From Candidatus Poribacteria bacterium (GTDB lineage Bacteria; Poribacteria; WGA-4E; WGA-3G), in NCBI GenBank assembly GCA_965214095.1, contig OZ243938.1:1472001-1536000 (forward strand): a DNA stretch of 64,000 nucleotides, written 5' to 3'. The notes under the pieces were generated by a model. It was given only the letters and a program-made list of their open reading frames with translations, searched no databases and was not told the DNA's origin. This document shows, in pieces, positions 9,445 to 19,226 of this stretch (position 1 is its first letter; every line of letters starts with the position of its first letter). A program made the translations under genes and the position numbers.

Positions 9445-12048
9445 TCATGCCCAAGTCAATAACCCGAGTTCATAGATAGATTGTAAATCCTCATGTGATG
9501 GTAGAACCCGTAGTGTATAGCCATGCAAACCTGTCTGATCCAGAATGAGAGTTCCTTCAAACAGATATTTTCCACCACCCAAATCTTCTCGGTATTCCAT
9601 TTCAGTAACGCTGCCGTCCTGTATTTCACCCGCGGAATCCAACACGCCATGATATATTTGGACAGCGAGTTCATTGGGAAAAAGCGCGTCAGTATGAACG
9701 ACTGCTTGAATTGAAACTGACTCTCCGACCGAAAGAGAGGACACACTCTTTTGAGATATATCTACATCTGCTTTGCGAGTTCGTTCCTCAATACGTAAAT
9801 TACTCCAGTGCTTGCGGACGTTTGCTTTCCAATTTGCAAGTGCAATGCTGCGTCGTGAATCATCTTTATTCAATTTTGACCATCTTTGGTGTGCTGGAAA
9901 ATAGAGACGTTCTGCATATTCTGCGACCATCCGCTTTGTATTGAACACAGGTGCTAAGTTTTGCATTGCTGTCTTCATCTTTGTCACCCACCCGTAAGGA
10001 ATATCGTCCACCGGATCACGGTCATAAAAGAGCGGTACTACCTCTTTCTCAAGCAGTTCATAGATAGCGTTTGCATGTGCTTTGTCGGTAGATTTGGTAT
10101 CGTCTGATTCAGGAGTTGCTTCAATAGTCCACCCACCACCGAGATTTTCTGCTTCTGCCCACCATCCATCTGCCATACTAAGATTAAGCGCGCCGTTGGC
10201 TGCTGCCTTCATCCCGCTTGTGCCACTTGCTTCGTTTGGTGGCAGTGGTGTGTTTAGCCAAACATCAACACCTTCAACAAGGTATCTTCCTACACAGATG
10301 TCGTAATTCTCAATGAATAGGATTTTATGACGGAACTGTGGCTGTGATGCGATCTTATGTATATTCTGTATAAACACCTTACCTTCATAGTCGTGCGGAT
10401 GCGCTTTTCCTGCAAAGATGAGTTGCACGGGACGGTCTGGGTCATTGAGTATCTTTGCAAGTCGCTCAATATCGTTGAAAAGTAGTGTAGCGCGTTTATA
10501 GGTCGCAAATCTCCGAGCAAATCCGATAGTCAATGCAGCAGAATTTAGAATCGTAGTGCTAGCTTCTCTCGCTTGATCATCAGCATTCTGTTTACTTTGC
10601 CTTCTCAACCGCTTTTGGTTATTTCTGTTGCGTGCAAATGCGATCAAACGTTCGCGCCGACGTTCATGTGTTCGCCATAGTTCCGTGTCAGGTATTTGCG
10701 ATATCTGTGTCCAAACATCTTGGTTTGTGAGATCCACGATCCACTTCGGGCCGAGATACCGATCAAATAGACTCTGCATATCTTCTGATACCCAAGAACG
10801 TGTATGGATACCATTGGTTATCGCTTTGATGGGAACTTCATGCCCAGGAAGATTGTTCCATAAACCTTTCCACATGTCACGTGAAACGCGCCCGTGTAAT
10901 TGACTTACACCGTTTGACATTGTTGAGAGCCTTAACGCGACCAACGCTGGACTAAACTCACTGCTACTATCTGCGGGATTCTTCCTTCCTATTCCCAAAA
11001 ACTTCTCTTCTGAAATACCGAGTGTGCTGTAGTACCGATTGAAATAGTGTTTGACTAAATCTGGTGGAAACCAGTCAATTCCAGCGGGTACAGGTGTATG
11101 TGTTGTAAATATATTACCAGCTGAAGTTGCTTCGCGTGCCTCATCAAAACCGATGCCGGTTTCATCCATCAATTGACGTATCCGCTCCAATGCTAAGAAG
11201 GCAGCATGTCCCTCGTTCATGTGGCACACAGTTGGACGAATACCAAGTGCATCTAATGCTCGATACCCACCGATTCCAAGCAGAATTTCCTGCTTAATCC
11301 GCATACGTTCATCACCACCGTAAAGATAGTCAGTGATATCGCGCAAACCTGTGTTCTCATTTTCCGGTATATTCGTATCCAGCAAATATAAAGGGACACG
11401 TCCAATCTGTGCACGCCACACTTTAGCAAACGTTTTACCTTCAGGATAATCTACCTCAATTAGAAGCGGACTACCATCTGCTTTATGCTCAGGTTGGATT
11501 GGCATATTGTAGAAGTCATTCTCAGGATAATCCGCCATCTGCCATCCATCTGATGTAAGCGTTTGCCTAAAATAACCGTGCTGATATAACAAACCAACAG
11601 CAACAAACGGCAGTCCAAGATAGCTTGTGGATTTGAGATGGTCACCTGCTAAGACACCCAAACCACCAGAATAAAGCGGCATACATTCTGTTAGTCCAAA
11701 TTCCATGGAAAAATATGCAATTTGTAGATTATCAAGTGGTTTTTCGTTTGAATAGTCTTCAAACCAAGATGAAGCGGCAAGGTAGGATTTAAACTTTTTG
11801 TGGATTACATCCAGATGTGCTAAAAACACCTCGTTTTTCGCTGCTGCTTGCAACTGTTCCTGTGAAATCTTACCAAGCATTGCGACTGGGTTGTGATAGG
11901 TTTCTTCCCAAAGTTCTGAGTCGAGGTGGCGAAATAGACTAAGTGCTTCATTATCCCAAGTCCACCACAAGTTAAATGCTAACTCTCGTAGGGGTTCAAG
12001 GTTCTCAGGGAGTGTAGGCACAACAGATAATTGACGAATTGGCTTCAT
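9445..12048 (-). CDS. glgP: Alpha-glucan (glycogen) phosphorylase, GT35
   Basis: AYFSMEFGL, YSGGLGVLAGD, HMNEGH, FARRFATYKRA, EASGTSGMKAAANG (PLP lysine). Confidence 0.96.
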   Translation of the reverse strand: MKPIRQLSVVPTLPENLEPLRELAFNLWWTWDNEALSLFRHLDSELWEETYHNPVAMLGKISQEQLQAAAKNEVFLAHLDVIHKKFKSYLAASSWFEDYSNEKPLDNLQIAYFSMEFGLTECMPLYSGGLGVLAGDHLKSTSYLGLPFVAVGLLYQHGYFRQTLTSDGWQMADYPENDFYNMPIQPEHKADGSPLLIEVDYPEGKTFAKVWRAQIGRVPLYLLDTNIPENENTGLRDITDYLYGGDERMRIKQEILLGIGGYRALDALGIRPTVCHMNEGHAAFLALERIRQLMDETGIGFDEAREATSAGNIFTTHTPVPAGIDWFPPDLVKHYFNRYYSTLGISEEKFLGIGRKNPADSSSEFSPALVALRLSTMSNGVSQLHGRVSRDMWKGLWNNLPGHEVPIKAITNGIHTRSWVSEDMQSLFDRYLGPKWIVDLTNQDVWTQISQIPDTELWRTHERRRERLIAFARNRNNQKRLRRQSKQNADDQAREASTTILNSAALTIGFARRFATYKRATLLFNDIERLAKILNDPDRPVQLIFAGKAHPHDYEGKVFIQNIHKIASQPQFRHKILFIENYDICVGRYLVEGVDVWLNTPLPPNEASGTSGMKAAANGALNLSMADGWWAEAENLGGGWTIEATPESDDTKSTDKAHANAIYELLEKEVVPLFYDRDPVDDIPYGWVTKMKTAMQNLAPVFNTKRMVAEYAERLYFPAHQRWSKLNKDDSRRSIALANWKANVRKHWSNLRIEERTRKADVDISQKSVSSLSVGESVSIQAVVHTDALFPNELAVQIYHGVLDSAGEIQDGSVTEMEYREDLGGGKYLFEGTLILDQTGLHGYTLRVLPSHEDLQSIYELGLLTWA

Positions 12049-12284
12049 TCTACAGCATTCTCCCCATTATTTTCTGCTGCGGAAGAGTTATTCAACGTGA
12101 AATAGGTGGCTCTCTGTCGTTTTATGGTGTCTAACTTTCCTTCTCGTGCTAACCAACCGAGTCCGAGCAATATCATGCGGTCAGTATGTTTGAGTTCTTT
12201 CGTTAGCTTTCCGATAGATGCTTCACTGTTTTCTTCAAGATAGTGCCAAATTTCGCCAGCAGTAATTCCGATCTCTTCAAGCAT
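12045..12284 (-). CDS. Small winged-helix protein (DUF2582-like)
   Basis: 'EEIGITAGEIWHYL..LGLGWLAREGKL'; 4-nt overlap with the glgP start. Confidence 0.8.
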   Translation of the reverse strand: MLEEIGITAGEIWHYLEENSEASIGKLTKELKHTDRMILLGLGWLAREGKLDTIKRQRATYFTLNNSSAAENNGENAVE

Positions 12285-12307
12285 ATTTCCCTCCGAAGTA
12301 TGTTGTT

Positions 12308-12422
12308 ATACCATTTCTAATAAAGGCTATACCAATAAAGAAATAGTTGGTTCGTAGTCGCGCAATGAATTGCGCCTCTTACATTATAAATGAAAAGAGA
12401 AAATCATTTTTAGAAATGGTAT
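12308..12422. repeat. 115-bp MITE-like element, ATACCATTTCTA shell with GCGCAAT hairpin core
   Basis: ATACCATTTCTA...TAGAAATGGTAT; core GTAGTCGCGCAATGAATTGCGC; homologous to 9041, 29894, 44451. Confidence 0.85.
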
Positions 12423-12445
12423 TATATGTGTGATGTTATGACAGA

Positions 12446-12474
12446 ATTATACTTTCGATTCGGATATGTGTCAA
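12446..12474 (-). promoter_or_regulatory. Consensus sigma70 promoter for the wHTH-glgP operon
   Basis: Minus strand TTGACA (12474-12469)-17 bp-TATAAT (12451-12446). Confidence 0.75.
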
Positions 12475-12505
12475 GAATTTAACCTGTAATGCAATCCAAA
12501 ACGTC

Positions 12506-12535
12506 TTGACACTTGGATATCATACATGGTATTTT
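12506..12535 (+). promoter_or_regulatory. Divergent putative sigma70 promoter for the glycogen-synthase-like gene
   Basis: TTGACA-18 bp-TATTTT with an extended TGn. Confidence 0.5.
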
Positions 12536-12572
12536 AAGACATCCTAATTTCTTTACTTTGCGAGGTGAAATC

Positions 12573-14321
12573 TTGAGTATTGTTGTCCACGTCACGCACG
12601 AAGCCATTCAGAAGATAGGAGGTATCGGTGCAGTATTAGATGGTTTGTTGACTACACGCAGTTACAATGATGCAATTGAACGCACATTTCTCGTCGGTCC
12701 GCTATTTTCTGGTGCAGATTTGGGAGCATTTGAAGCAGTGATGTATCACGCAGCCGAAGGCATAAAATCAACACCTCACGCAGCAGCACTCCACGATATT
12801 GAAAAGACTTACCATGTTGAAATTGTTTACGGACAACGACGGTTTGAAAATAAAGACCAGAACGTTACTACACTCACAGATGTGATTTTGATTAATGTTG
12901 CTGACAGCAATGAAGACCTGACGGGTCAGTTCAAGTGGCAACTCTACGAACACTTCGGTATAGACTCAACTCGCTATGAAAGCGAATGGGAGTATGAGGA
13001 ATATGTGCGTCTTGCCGAACCTGCATACCAAGCACTGCAGGCGATTATCGGTGAAGAAACAGAAACGCCTATTTATATCATCTCACATGAATTTATGGGT
13101 ATGCCACTTGCACTTAAAACGCAGATTGAACGGAAAAATGGCAACGGTTCAGCAAATATGCGTACCGTTTTCTACGCACACGAAGTTGCAACGATACGAC
13201 CTATTGTTGAAGGACATCCGGGACATGATGTTCGTTTTTACAACGCGTTACAGCAGTCAAAAGAAAATGGAATGTTAATCCGGGATACATTCGGTGATCC
13301 GTTCTGGTATTTCAAACATGCGTTGATTGACAAAGCACATCTCTGCGATACCATCTTCGCTGTTGGTGATCTTGTCGTTGATGAACTCCGATTTTTGGCA
13401 CAACCATTTGAATCCTTCCCCATCAACCTTGTGTATAATGGAATTCCCGCTTTTGAAATGAGTTTAGAGGATAAATTAGAATCAAAAGCGAAACTGCAAA
13501 AGTATGCAAGAACACTGCTTGATTATCGTCCGGATTATGTCTTTACGCACGTAACCCGTCTTGTCAAAAGCAAAGGGCTGTGGCGGGACTTACAGGTGCT
13601 CACTCATTTAGATTCGTTGCTTGCATCTAATGATAAAACTGCTGTGTTGTTTATCCTCTCAACTGAAATTGCTACGGGACGACCTCATGAAAATATACAT
13701 GAGATGGAGCGCGAATATGGATGGCCTGTATTTCACAAAATCGGATACCCCGATTTGGTTGGTGCAGAGATTGAGTTGAACAACGGTGTTTCTGCATTCA
13801 ACCTTCAATCAAAGGCAATAAAGGTCGTCTTTGTCAATCAGTTTGGGTGGAGTCAAGCAGCTTGTGGAACTCGTATGCCGATGGATATGGAATTTATGGA
13901 CATCCGAAAAGGGAGTGATGCAGAATTTGGGCAGTCCATCTATGAGCCTTTTGGTATTGCACAGGTGGAGCCGTTGAGTTTCGGTGCTATCTGTGTTGTG
14001 AGTAATGTATGTGGTTGTTGCGGTTTTATTCAACGTGCTACGGACAATCGTGAAGTGCCAAATGTGGTTATTGCGGATTACACACACCTTAACTCTGCAC
14101 CGAGGTCATTAGAAGATGTGATGAATATAGGATTAACTGAAAGAACACAGATTGAGGTAGAAAACAGTCGGGACATTGCTGCGAAGCTGCTTGGTCGACT
14201 ACCACGAAAACCGCGCGATGTTGAGGATATTATAAAGGAAGGTTATGAAATTGCATCGCGTATGAGTTGGGAAGTTGTTGTTAAGGATTATTTCTTGCCT
14301 GGATTAAAACAGGCATTATAA
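12573..14321 (+). CDS. GT-B glycosyltransferase, divergent GT3-like glycogen synthase
   Basis: 'HVTHEAIQKIGGIGAV' (KxGG; compare GT3 WEVxNKVGGI), SHEFM, KSKG, 'SIYEPFG..EPL'; likely TTG start at 12573 after RBS GAGGTG; lies among glg genes. Confidence 0.7.
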   Translation: MSIVVHVTHEAIQKIGGIGAVLDGLLTTRSYNDAIERTFLVGPLFSGADLGAFEAVMYHAAEGIKSTPHAAALHDIEKTYHVEIVYGQRRFENKDQNVTTLTDVILINVADSNEDLTGQFKWQLYEHFGIDSTRYESEWEYEEYVRLAEPAYQALQAIIGEETETPIYIISHEFMGMPLALKTQIERKNGNGSANMRTVFYAHEVATIRPIVEGHPGHDVRFYNALQQSKENGMLIRDTFGDPFWYFKHALIDKAHLCDTIFAVGDLVVDELRFLAQPFESFPINLVYNGIPAFEMSLEDKLESKAKLQKYARTLLDYRPDYVFTHVTRLVKSKGLWRDLQVLTHLDSLLASNDKTAVLFILSTEIATGRPHENIHEMEREYGWPVFHKIGYPDLVGAEIELNNGVSAFNLQSKAIKVVFVNQFGWSQAACGTRMPMDMEFMDIRKGSDAEFGQSIYEPFGIAQVEPLSFGAICVVSNVCGCCGFIQRATDNREVPNVVIADYTHLNSAPRSLEDVMNIGLTERTQIEVENSRDIAAKLLGRLPRKPRDVEDIIKEGYEIASRMSWEVVVKDYFLPGLKQAL

Positions 14322-14357
14322 TGCCTCAATTTGTTTAACTATAAAGGAACTAAGTGT

Positions 14358-15218
14358 ATGCAAGAAATACGTGATTCTAATGATCCAATGCCATTGGCTC
14401 CAGGTGAGAAGTTGATGACGCCTGAACAAAAGTTCTTCTTTGATCTGCGTGGTTGGATTTTATTACCATCAGTCTTGTCGGAAGCGGAAATCGAAGAGAT
14501 GAAAACGGAAGTGTATGCAGGTGCCAGACATAGTTATGAAGGCACACTTCAGAATTTGCTTGATCATCCTGCTGTTGTTGGTATTCTAAACGAACTTGTT
14601 GCTGACGAACGTTTTATTTTTGATGATTGCTACGGCTTTCGTTGTGAGAATTCGTTTACTACGGTCAGGCAACCCGGGTGGAAAACCCCATCTGAAAGAG
14701 GCACTTCTGTGCCGCATGTCGTGAGACCACCACAGCAAGCAAATGCAGTACGGTATCAGGTAGCAGGTGGAAAGATATTCGCAGGACTTACACGTGTGGT
14801 ATGGGAACTTGAAGAAGTTAAAAGAGGTCAGGGAGGTACCACTTTTCTCACTGGTTCACATAAGGCACATTTCAACTACGGTGGACCAGATCCACACCGT
14901 CCGAATATCAGTGAATCCCCTTATGAGGATAAGATAAAGGATATGATGGAAGACTATAGTTGTCCACCTGGGTCAGCACTTGTGTTCACTGAAAGCCTTA
15001 TTCATGCCACCAACAACTGGACAAATCCTGATAATCCGAGATGTGCTGTGTTTAACTGTTACAATTCAATATGGGCGCAATGGTATCGGTTGAATCTAAG
15101 CCATGAAATAATAGAAAGAATGCCGACAAAACGCCAATCCTTATTCCGTGGAACTTGGGCAATAGGCGGTGGTCCCGGTGGAAACCGTCAGTATTCGTTG
15201 GATAATACCACCAAATAA
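14358..15218 (+). CDS. PhyH-family dioxygenase-like protein, paralog 1
   Basis: 'EQKFFFDLRGW', GGTTFLTGSHK, PGSALVFTESLIH; start chosen at MQEIRD. Confidence 0.8.
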   Translation: MQEIRDSNDPMPLAPGEKLMTPEQKFFFDLRGWILLPSVLSEAEIEEMKTEVYAGARHSYEGTLQNLLDHPAVVGILNELVADERFIFDDCYGFRCENSFTTVRQPGWKTPSERGTSVPHVVRPPQQANAVRYQVAGGKIFAGLTRVVWELEEVKRGQGGTTFLTGSHKAHFNYGGPDPHRPNISESPYEDKIKDMMEDYSCPPGSALVFTESLIHATNNWTNPDNPRCAVFNCYNSIWAQWYRLNLSHEIIERMPTKRQSLFRGTWAIGGGPGGNRQYSLDNTTK

Positions 15219-15243
15219 TTCTAATACCTTTAAGGAGATATCA

Positions 15244-16083
15244 ATGTCAAAAGAAACGTTAAATGATGTACCTGTGCCAATGACTGAAGAACAGAAGTTT
15301 TTCTTTGATTTACGCGGTTGGATTTTATTACCGTCAATATTGTCTGACTCAGAAATAGAAGAGATGAAAGCGGAAGTGTATGATGGTGCAAGACAAGGTT
15401 ATCATGGAGCACTGCAGAACTTGCTTGATCATCCTGCAATTGTAGGTGTACTGAATGAAATCCTATCCGAAAATCCTTTTGTACACGATGACAGTTATGG
15501 ATTTCGGTGTGAAGGATCCTTTACGACAGTGCGTGAACCTGGATGGAGTAAATCGTCACGAGGTGACAACGGTTTGCCACACGTTGTGCGACCACCACAA
15601 CAGGCAAATGCAATGCGGTATCAGGTAGCAGGTGGAAAGATATTTGCTGGATTGACACGTGTCGTATGGGAACTTGAGGAAGTGAAGGAAGGACAAGGCG
15701 GTACCTCTTTTCTTAGTGGGTCTCATAAGGCACATTTCAACTACGGTGGCCCCGACCCGTTTCGTCCGAATATCAGTGAATCGCCGTGGGAAGGTAGCAT
15801 GCGTGATATAATGGATGAATATAGTTGTCCACCCGGATCTGTGGTTATCTTCACGGAAAGCCTTGTGCATGCTGCGAATGATTGGAGTAATCCTGACAAT
15901 CCGAGATGCGCGGTTTTCAATTGCTATAACTCTATTTGGGCACAGTGGCATCGGTTGAACTTGAGTCATGAGGTTATTGAGACGATGCCACCAAGACGGC
16001 AATCGTTATTCCGTGGGACGTGGGCGATTGGCGGGGGTCCTGGTGGTAATCGTGTGTATTCGCTGGAGAATAATACGACGTGA
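15244..16083 (+). CDS. PhyH-family dioxygenase-like protein, paralog 2 (tandem duplicate)
   Basis: Highly similar to the upstream gene; RBS AAGGAG before ATG 15244. Confidence 0.8.
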   Translation: MSKETLNDVPVPMTEEQKFFFDLRGWILLPSILSDSEIEEMKAEVYDGARQGYHGALQNLLDHPAIVGVLNEILSENPFVHDDSYGFRCEGSFTTVREPGWSKSSRGDNGLPHVVRPPQQANAMRYQVAGGKIFAGLTRVVWELEEVKEGQGGTSFLSGSHKAHFNYGGPDPFRPNISESPWEGSMRDIMDEYSCPPGSVVIFTESLVHAANDWSNPDNPRCAVFNCYNSIWAQWHRLNLSHEVIETMPPRRQSLFRGTWAIGGGPGGNRVYSLENNTT

Positions 16084-16276
16084 TTGTTGAAAAAAGTTAT
16101 TGTGGTTACCACTCCAACTGTTAAATAAAAATGCCAGAGTGTCTGGCTCTGGCAACCCAACATAGACATACTATCATGTAGAGGTCACGGTTGGCTGTCC
16201 CTATCTTTTCCAACGGAAAAGCACCGTCCATACGGCACGTATTCGGGCAAAGGTATTAACCTTATATGTGTGACTA

Positions 16277-17050
16277 TCACTTTCTACAAACCACTGACAA
16301 ACCACTGTCATTCATTGGATCGAACTCCCTAATTTCGCGTTTTTTGTAGAAATCAAAATCTGTAAATCCAGCCGTCACAATATTGTCCTTGAGTTCGTGT
16401 GGTCGTAGGTGCATATTAAAATATTCGCACTTGTAATGTATCTGCGTTTCCAAATCTATTCTAACCCAAACACATCTTTCCCCTCCACCCTTTTCGTCAT
16501 ATTCTGCCATTTCCAGAACATAGACGTTTTTCTGTATCTCATTCAAATTAACCATAGGAAATTGCTGTTTTCGTATATGAGGGTTTGAATGAACAAAATA
16601 CAACCTGCCATCTGGTGTAAGGTTATTGTGACTTTGCTTTAAGAGGATAAATGAACCACCCCTTGATTCATAGAAGAATGACCCCTCAAAGAAAATTACA
16701 GAAAACGGTTGTTCAAAGGCCATTTCATTATAATCCTCTAAGACATATTCAATCTCTAATCCTTCCTCTTGGGTGATTTTCTGTGCTTCAGATAGGAAAT
16801 GTGGGGACTTGTCCATTCCAACAACATGATAACCCCGTCTTGCAAATTCACGCGTATAACTCCCAATTCCGCAACCTGCATCCAAGATTCTATCATTTTT
16901 GGTAAGTTGTAGAACCTCTTCATAGAATGCAAAGTGCTTTCGGACAAAGTCGGGTGCTTCAAAATTGTGTCTGGCATGCTCAAGATACCATCTATCATAC
17001 ACCTCGTGTCCAAAATCTGTTCTAAGTAATTGACTGGGTAGACTATTCAT
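16277..17050 (-). CDS. Class I SAM-dependent methyltransferase
   Basis: Motif I ILDAGCGIG, VVGMDKS, LTPDGRL; start overlaps the glgB stop. Confidence 0.85.
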   Translation of the reverse strand: MNSLPSQLLRTDFGHEVYDRWYLEHARHNFEAPDFVRKHFAFYEEVLQLTKNDRILDAGCGIGSYTREFARRGYHVVGMDKSPHFLSEAQKITQEEGLEIEYVLEDYNEMAFEQPFSVIFFEGSFFYESRGGSFILLKQSHNNLTPDGRLYFVHSNPHIRKQQFPMVNLNEIQKNVYVLEMAEYDEKGGGERCVWVRIDLETQIHYKCEYFNMHLRPHELKDNIVTAGFTDFDFYKKREIREFDPMNDSGLSVVCRK

Positions 17051-19094
17051 TTTTTCTCCTAACAGGCACTAAAACCTGTGCGCTTCTGGCAGGGAGATAA
17101 AGCTGAATGGATTGGGTATATCCTTCCATTTCAACATCTTGCCAAGGATAATGGATATTTTCTACAGCACCGTAACCACCAAATTTTGTATCATCGGAGT
17201 TGAGGATGATGCGATAATCTGTCTTTTCAGGGATAGGGATACGCCAATCCGTGGCAGATACGGTCGGATGCAAGTTGAATGCAAACACAAGTCCACCGCG
17301 AGTATATACAATCTGTTTCGCGTCCTCGTGAATAAACAACAACTGAATATCCTCATCTGAAAGCAAGTGATAATGTTTGTCAAGGTGCTGCATTGCAATA
17401 TCAAAAACATTTAGGGGTTTGTAATACAAAGTATCATCGTCAACAAGATGCCACTGCCTACGTGCATACCAATAGGAATTGTTGTTCCCCGCCCGCGGGA
17501 AGTCAATCCATTCGGGGTGTCCAAACTCATTTCCCATGAAGTTAAGATACCCTTCACCACCCAAACTAAACGTGAGTAAACGGATCAATTTGTGCAATGC
17601 AACGCCACGTGCAATCTTCAGACTTGGCGTAACAACACTCATATTTGTATAGAGTTCAGCATCCATGAGTTGCATAGCAAGTGTCTTGTCACCGACAATG
17701 CTCTGGTCGTGGCTTTCAACGTACGCGATATGTTTCTCACCTGCGCGACGATTGCGTAACATGCCGTAAATCTCACCGATGTGCCAATCTTCATCCTTTT
17801 TCTCCTTCAACAACCGAATCCAATAATCAGGAATCCCCATCGCTAAGCGATAATCAAAACCGAGTCCGCCTTCGTCAATAGGACGTGCAAGTCCTGGCAT
17901 TCCACTCATATCTTCAGCGATGGAAATGGCGTTCGGATTGACAGCATGGACGACCTCGTTTACCAACATCAGATAGGCAATTGCATCTAACTCAACGTTA
18001 GCATTGAAGTAATCAGAATAGCCTGTGAATTCCCGACCAAGTCCGTGATCATTGTAAAGCATGCTGGTGACACCATCAAATCTGAAACCATCAAACCTAT
18101 AGGTCTCCAACCAATAGCGGATATTGCTCAACAGAAATCGTTGCACTTCGTATTTGCTATAATCAAAACAGAGTGAGTCCCAAGCAATATGTTCCCCTTT
18201 TGTCCCCGCATGAAAATAGTGATGATCAGTGCCATCAAAGTGGTTCAAACCCTCGTTGATATTCTTTACAGCATGACTATGCACCAAATCCATGACGACC
18301 AACAAACCCATGCCGTGTGCAGTATCAACGAGTTCTTTTAAATCTTCTGGTGTTCCGAAACGACTTGATACTGCGAAGAAATTGCTAACGTGATATCCAA
18401 AGCTTGCATAATACGGGTGTTCCTTAATTGCCATGAGTTGGATTGTGTTGTATCCTAAATCAGCAATTCTTGGCAGCACATTTTGTGTGAACTCAGTGAA
18501 AGTTCCGACCTTTTCATCTTCTTGTGCCATACCAACATGTGCTTCGTAAATCCTTAGTCCTTCTGTGTTGATATCAAGTTGTGGAGATTTATGTTCCCAT
18601 TGATATGCCTTCAGTGGAGACCAATACTGTCCTGTAAACTCCGTTTCGGTTTCTTGAATAACACGTTGGATATAGGCGGGAATTCTATCATGTTCACCAA
18701 GTGCGGATTTGACATGCACTTTGACTCGGCTACCGTGTGTCAATCGGTCAGAATAGTCTTTATCAGGCAGGAAAAGATGCCATATCCCCCAGTCATCAAT
18801 GGACATAGGGTTAGCATCACGGTTCCAATCGTTGAAATCCCCTATGAGGGAGAGGGAATGTGCAGAGGGTGCCCATTCACGATACCAGACACCAGACTCA
18901 CCCTCTTTTTCACCACAATTGAAACCGAAATAACGGTGTCCTTGACTTATCTCACCTAAAACCCCACCGGTTTTCTCAATAATTGATTTAAAATGTAAAT
19001 ATTGTTTAAACCGTTCACGCAATTGGGAAACGTAAGGCTTTAGATACGGATCAAGTTCTATGAGACGTGTACCATCTGGTTGATGTTTGCCCAT
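17043..19094 (-). CDS. glgB: 1,4-alpha-glucan branching enzyme (GH13, eukaryote/Bacteroidetes-like type)
   Basis: YREWAP, IYEAHVGM, DLVHSH, FDGFRFDGVTSMLY, AEDMSG, YVESHDQ, LNFMGNEFGHPEWIDFPR. Confidence 0.95.
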   Translation of the reverse strand: MGKHQPDGTRLIELDPYLKPYVSQLRERFKQYLHFKSIIEKTGGVLGEISQGHRYFGFNCGEKEGESGVWYREWAPSAHSLSLIGDFNDWNRDANPMSIDDWGIWHLFLPDKDYSDRLTHGSRVKVHVKSALGEHDRIPAYIQRVIQETETEFTGQYWSPLKAYQWEHKSPQLDINTEGLRIYEAHVGMAQEDEKVGTFTEFTQNVLPRIADLGYNTIQLMAIKEHPYYASFGYHVSNFFAVSSRFGTPEDLKELVDTAHGMGLLVVMDLVHSHAVKNINEGLNHFDGTDHHYFHAGTKGEHIAWDSLCFDYSKYEVQRFLLSNIRYWLETYRFDGFRFDGVTSMLYNDHGLGREFTGYSDYFNANVELDAIAYLMLVNEVVHAVNPNAISIAEDMSGMPGLARPIDEGGLGFDYRLAMGIPDYWIRLLKEKKDEDWHIGEIYGMLRNRRAGEKHIAYVESHDQSIVGDKTLAMQLMDAELYTNMSVVTPSLKIARGVALHKLIRLLTFSLGGEGYLNFMGNEFGHPEWIDFPRAGNNNSYWYARRQWHLVDDDTLYYKPLNVFDIAMQHLDKHYHLLSDEDIQLLFIHEDAKQIVYTRGGLVFAFNLHPTVSATDWRIPIPEKTDYRIILNSDDTKFGGYGAVENIHYPWQDVEMEGYTQSIQLYLPARSAQVLVPVRRKNE

Positions 19095-19226
19095 AATGAG
19101 GGTGAAATACCGATACTATTGGTTTGTCTACCTTTATTTTAAGGGTAATATGATCGTAGGGGCGAGGTCACCTCGCCCTCTTCCAAATCATATACCCGTA
19201 ATTTTAGAGTGGACATTCCACTATTC

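Noticed and set aside
12513-12572. N-terminal extension of the glycogen-synthase-like ORF
   Set aside because: It overlaps the predicted promoter; TTG 12573 has a GAGGTG RBS and starts at the first conserved strand
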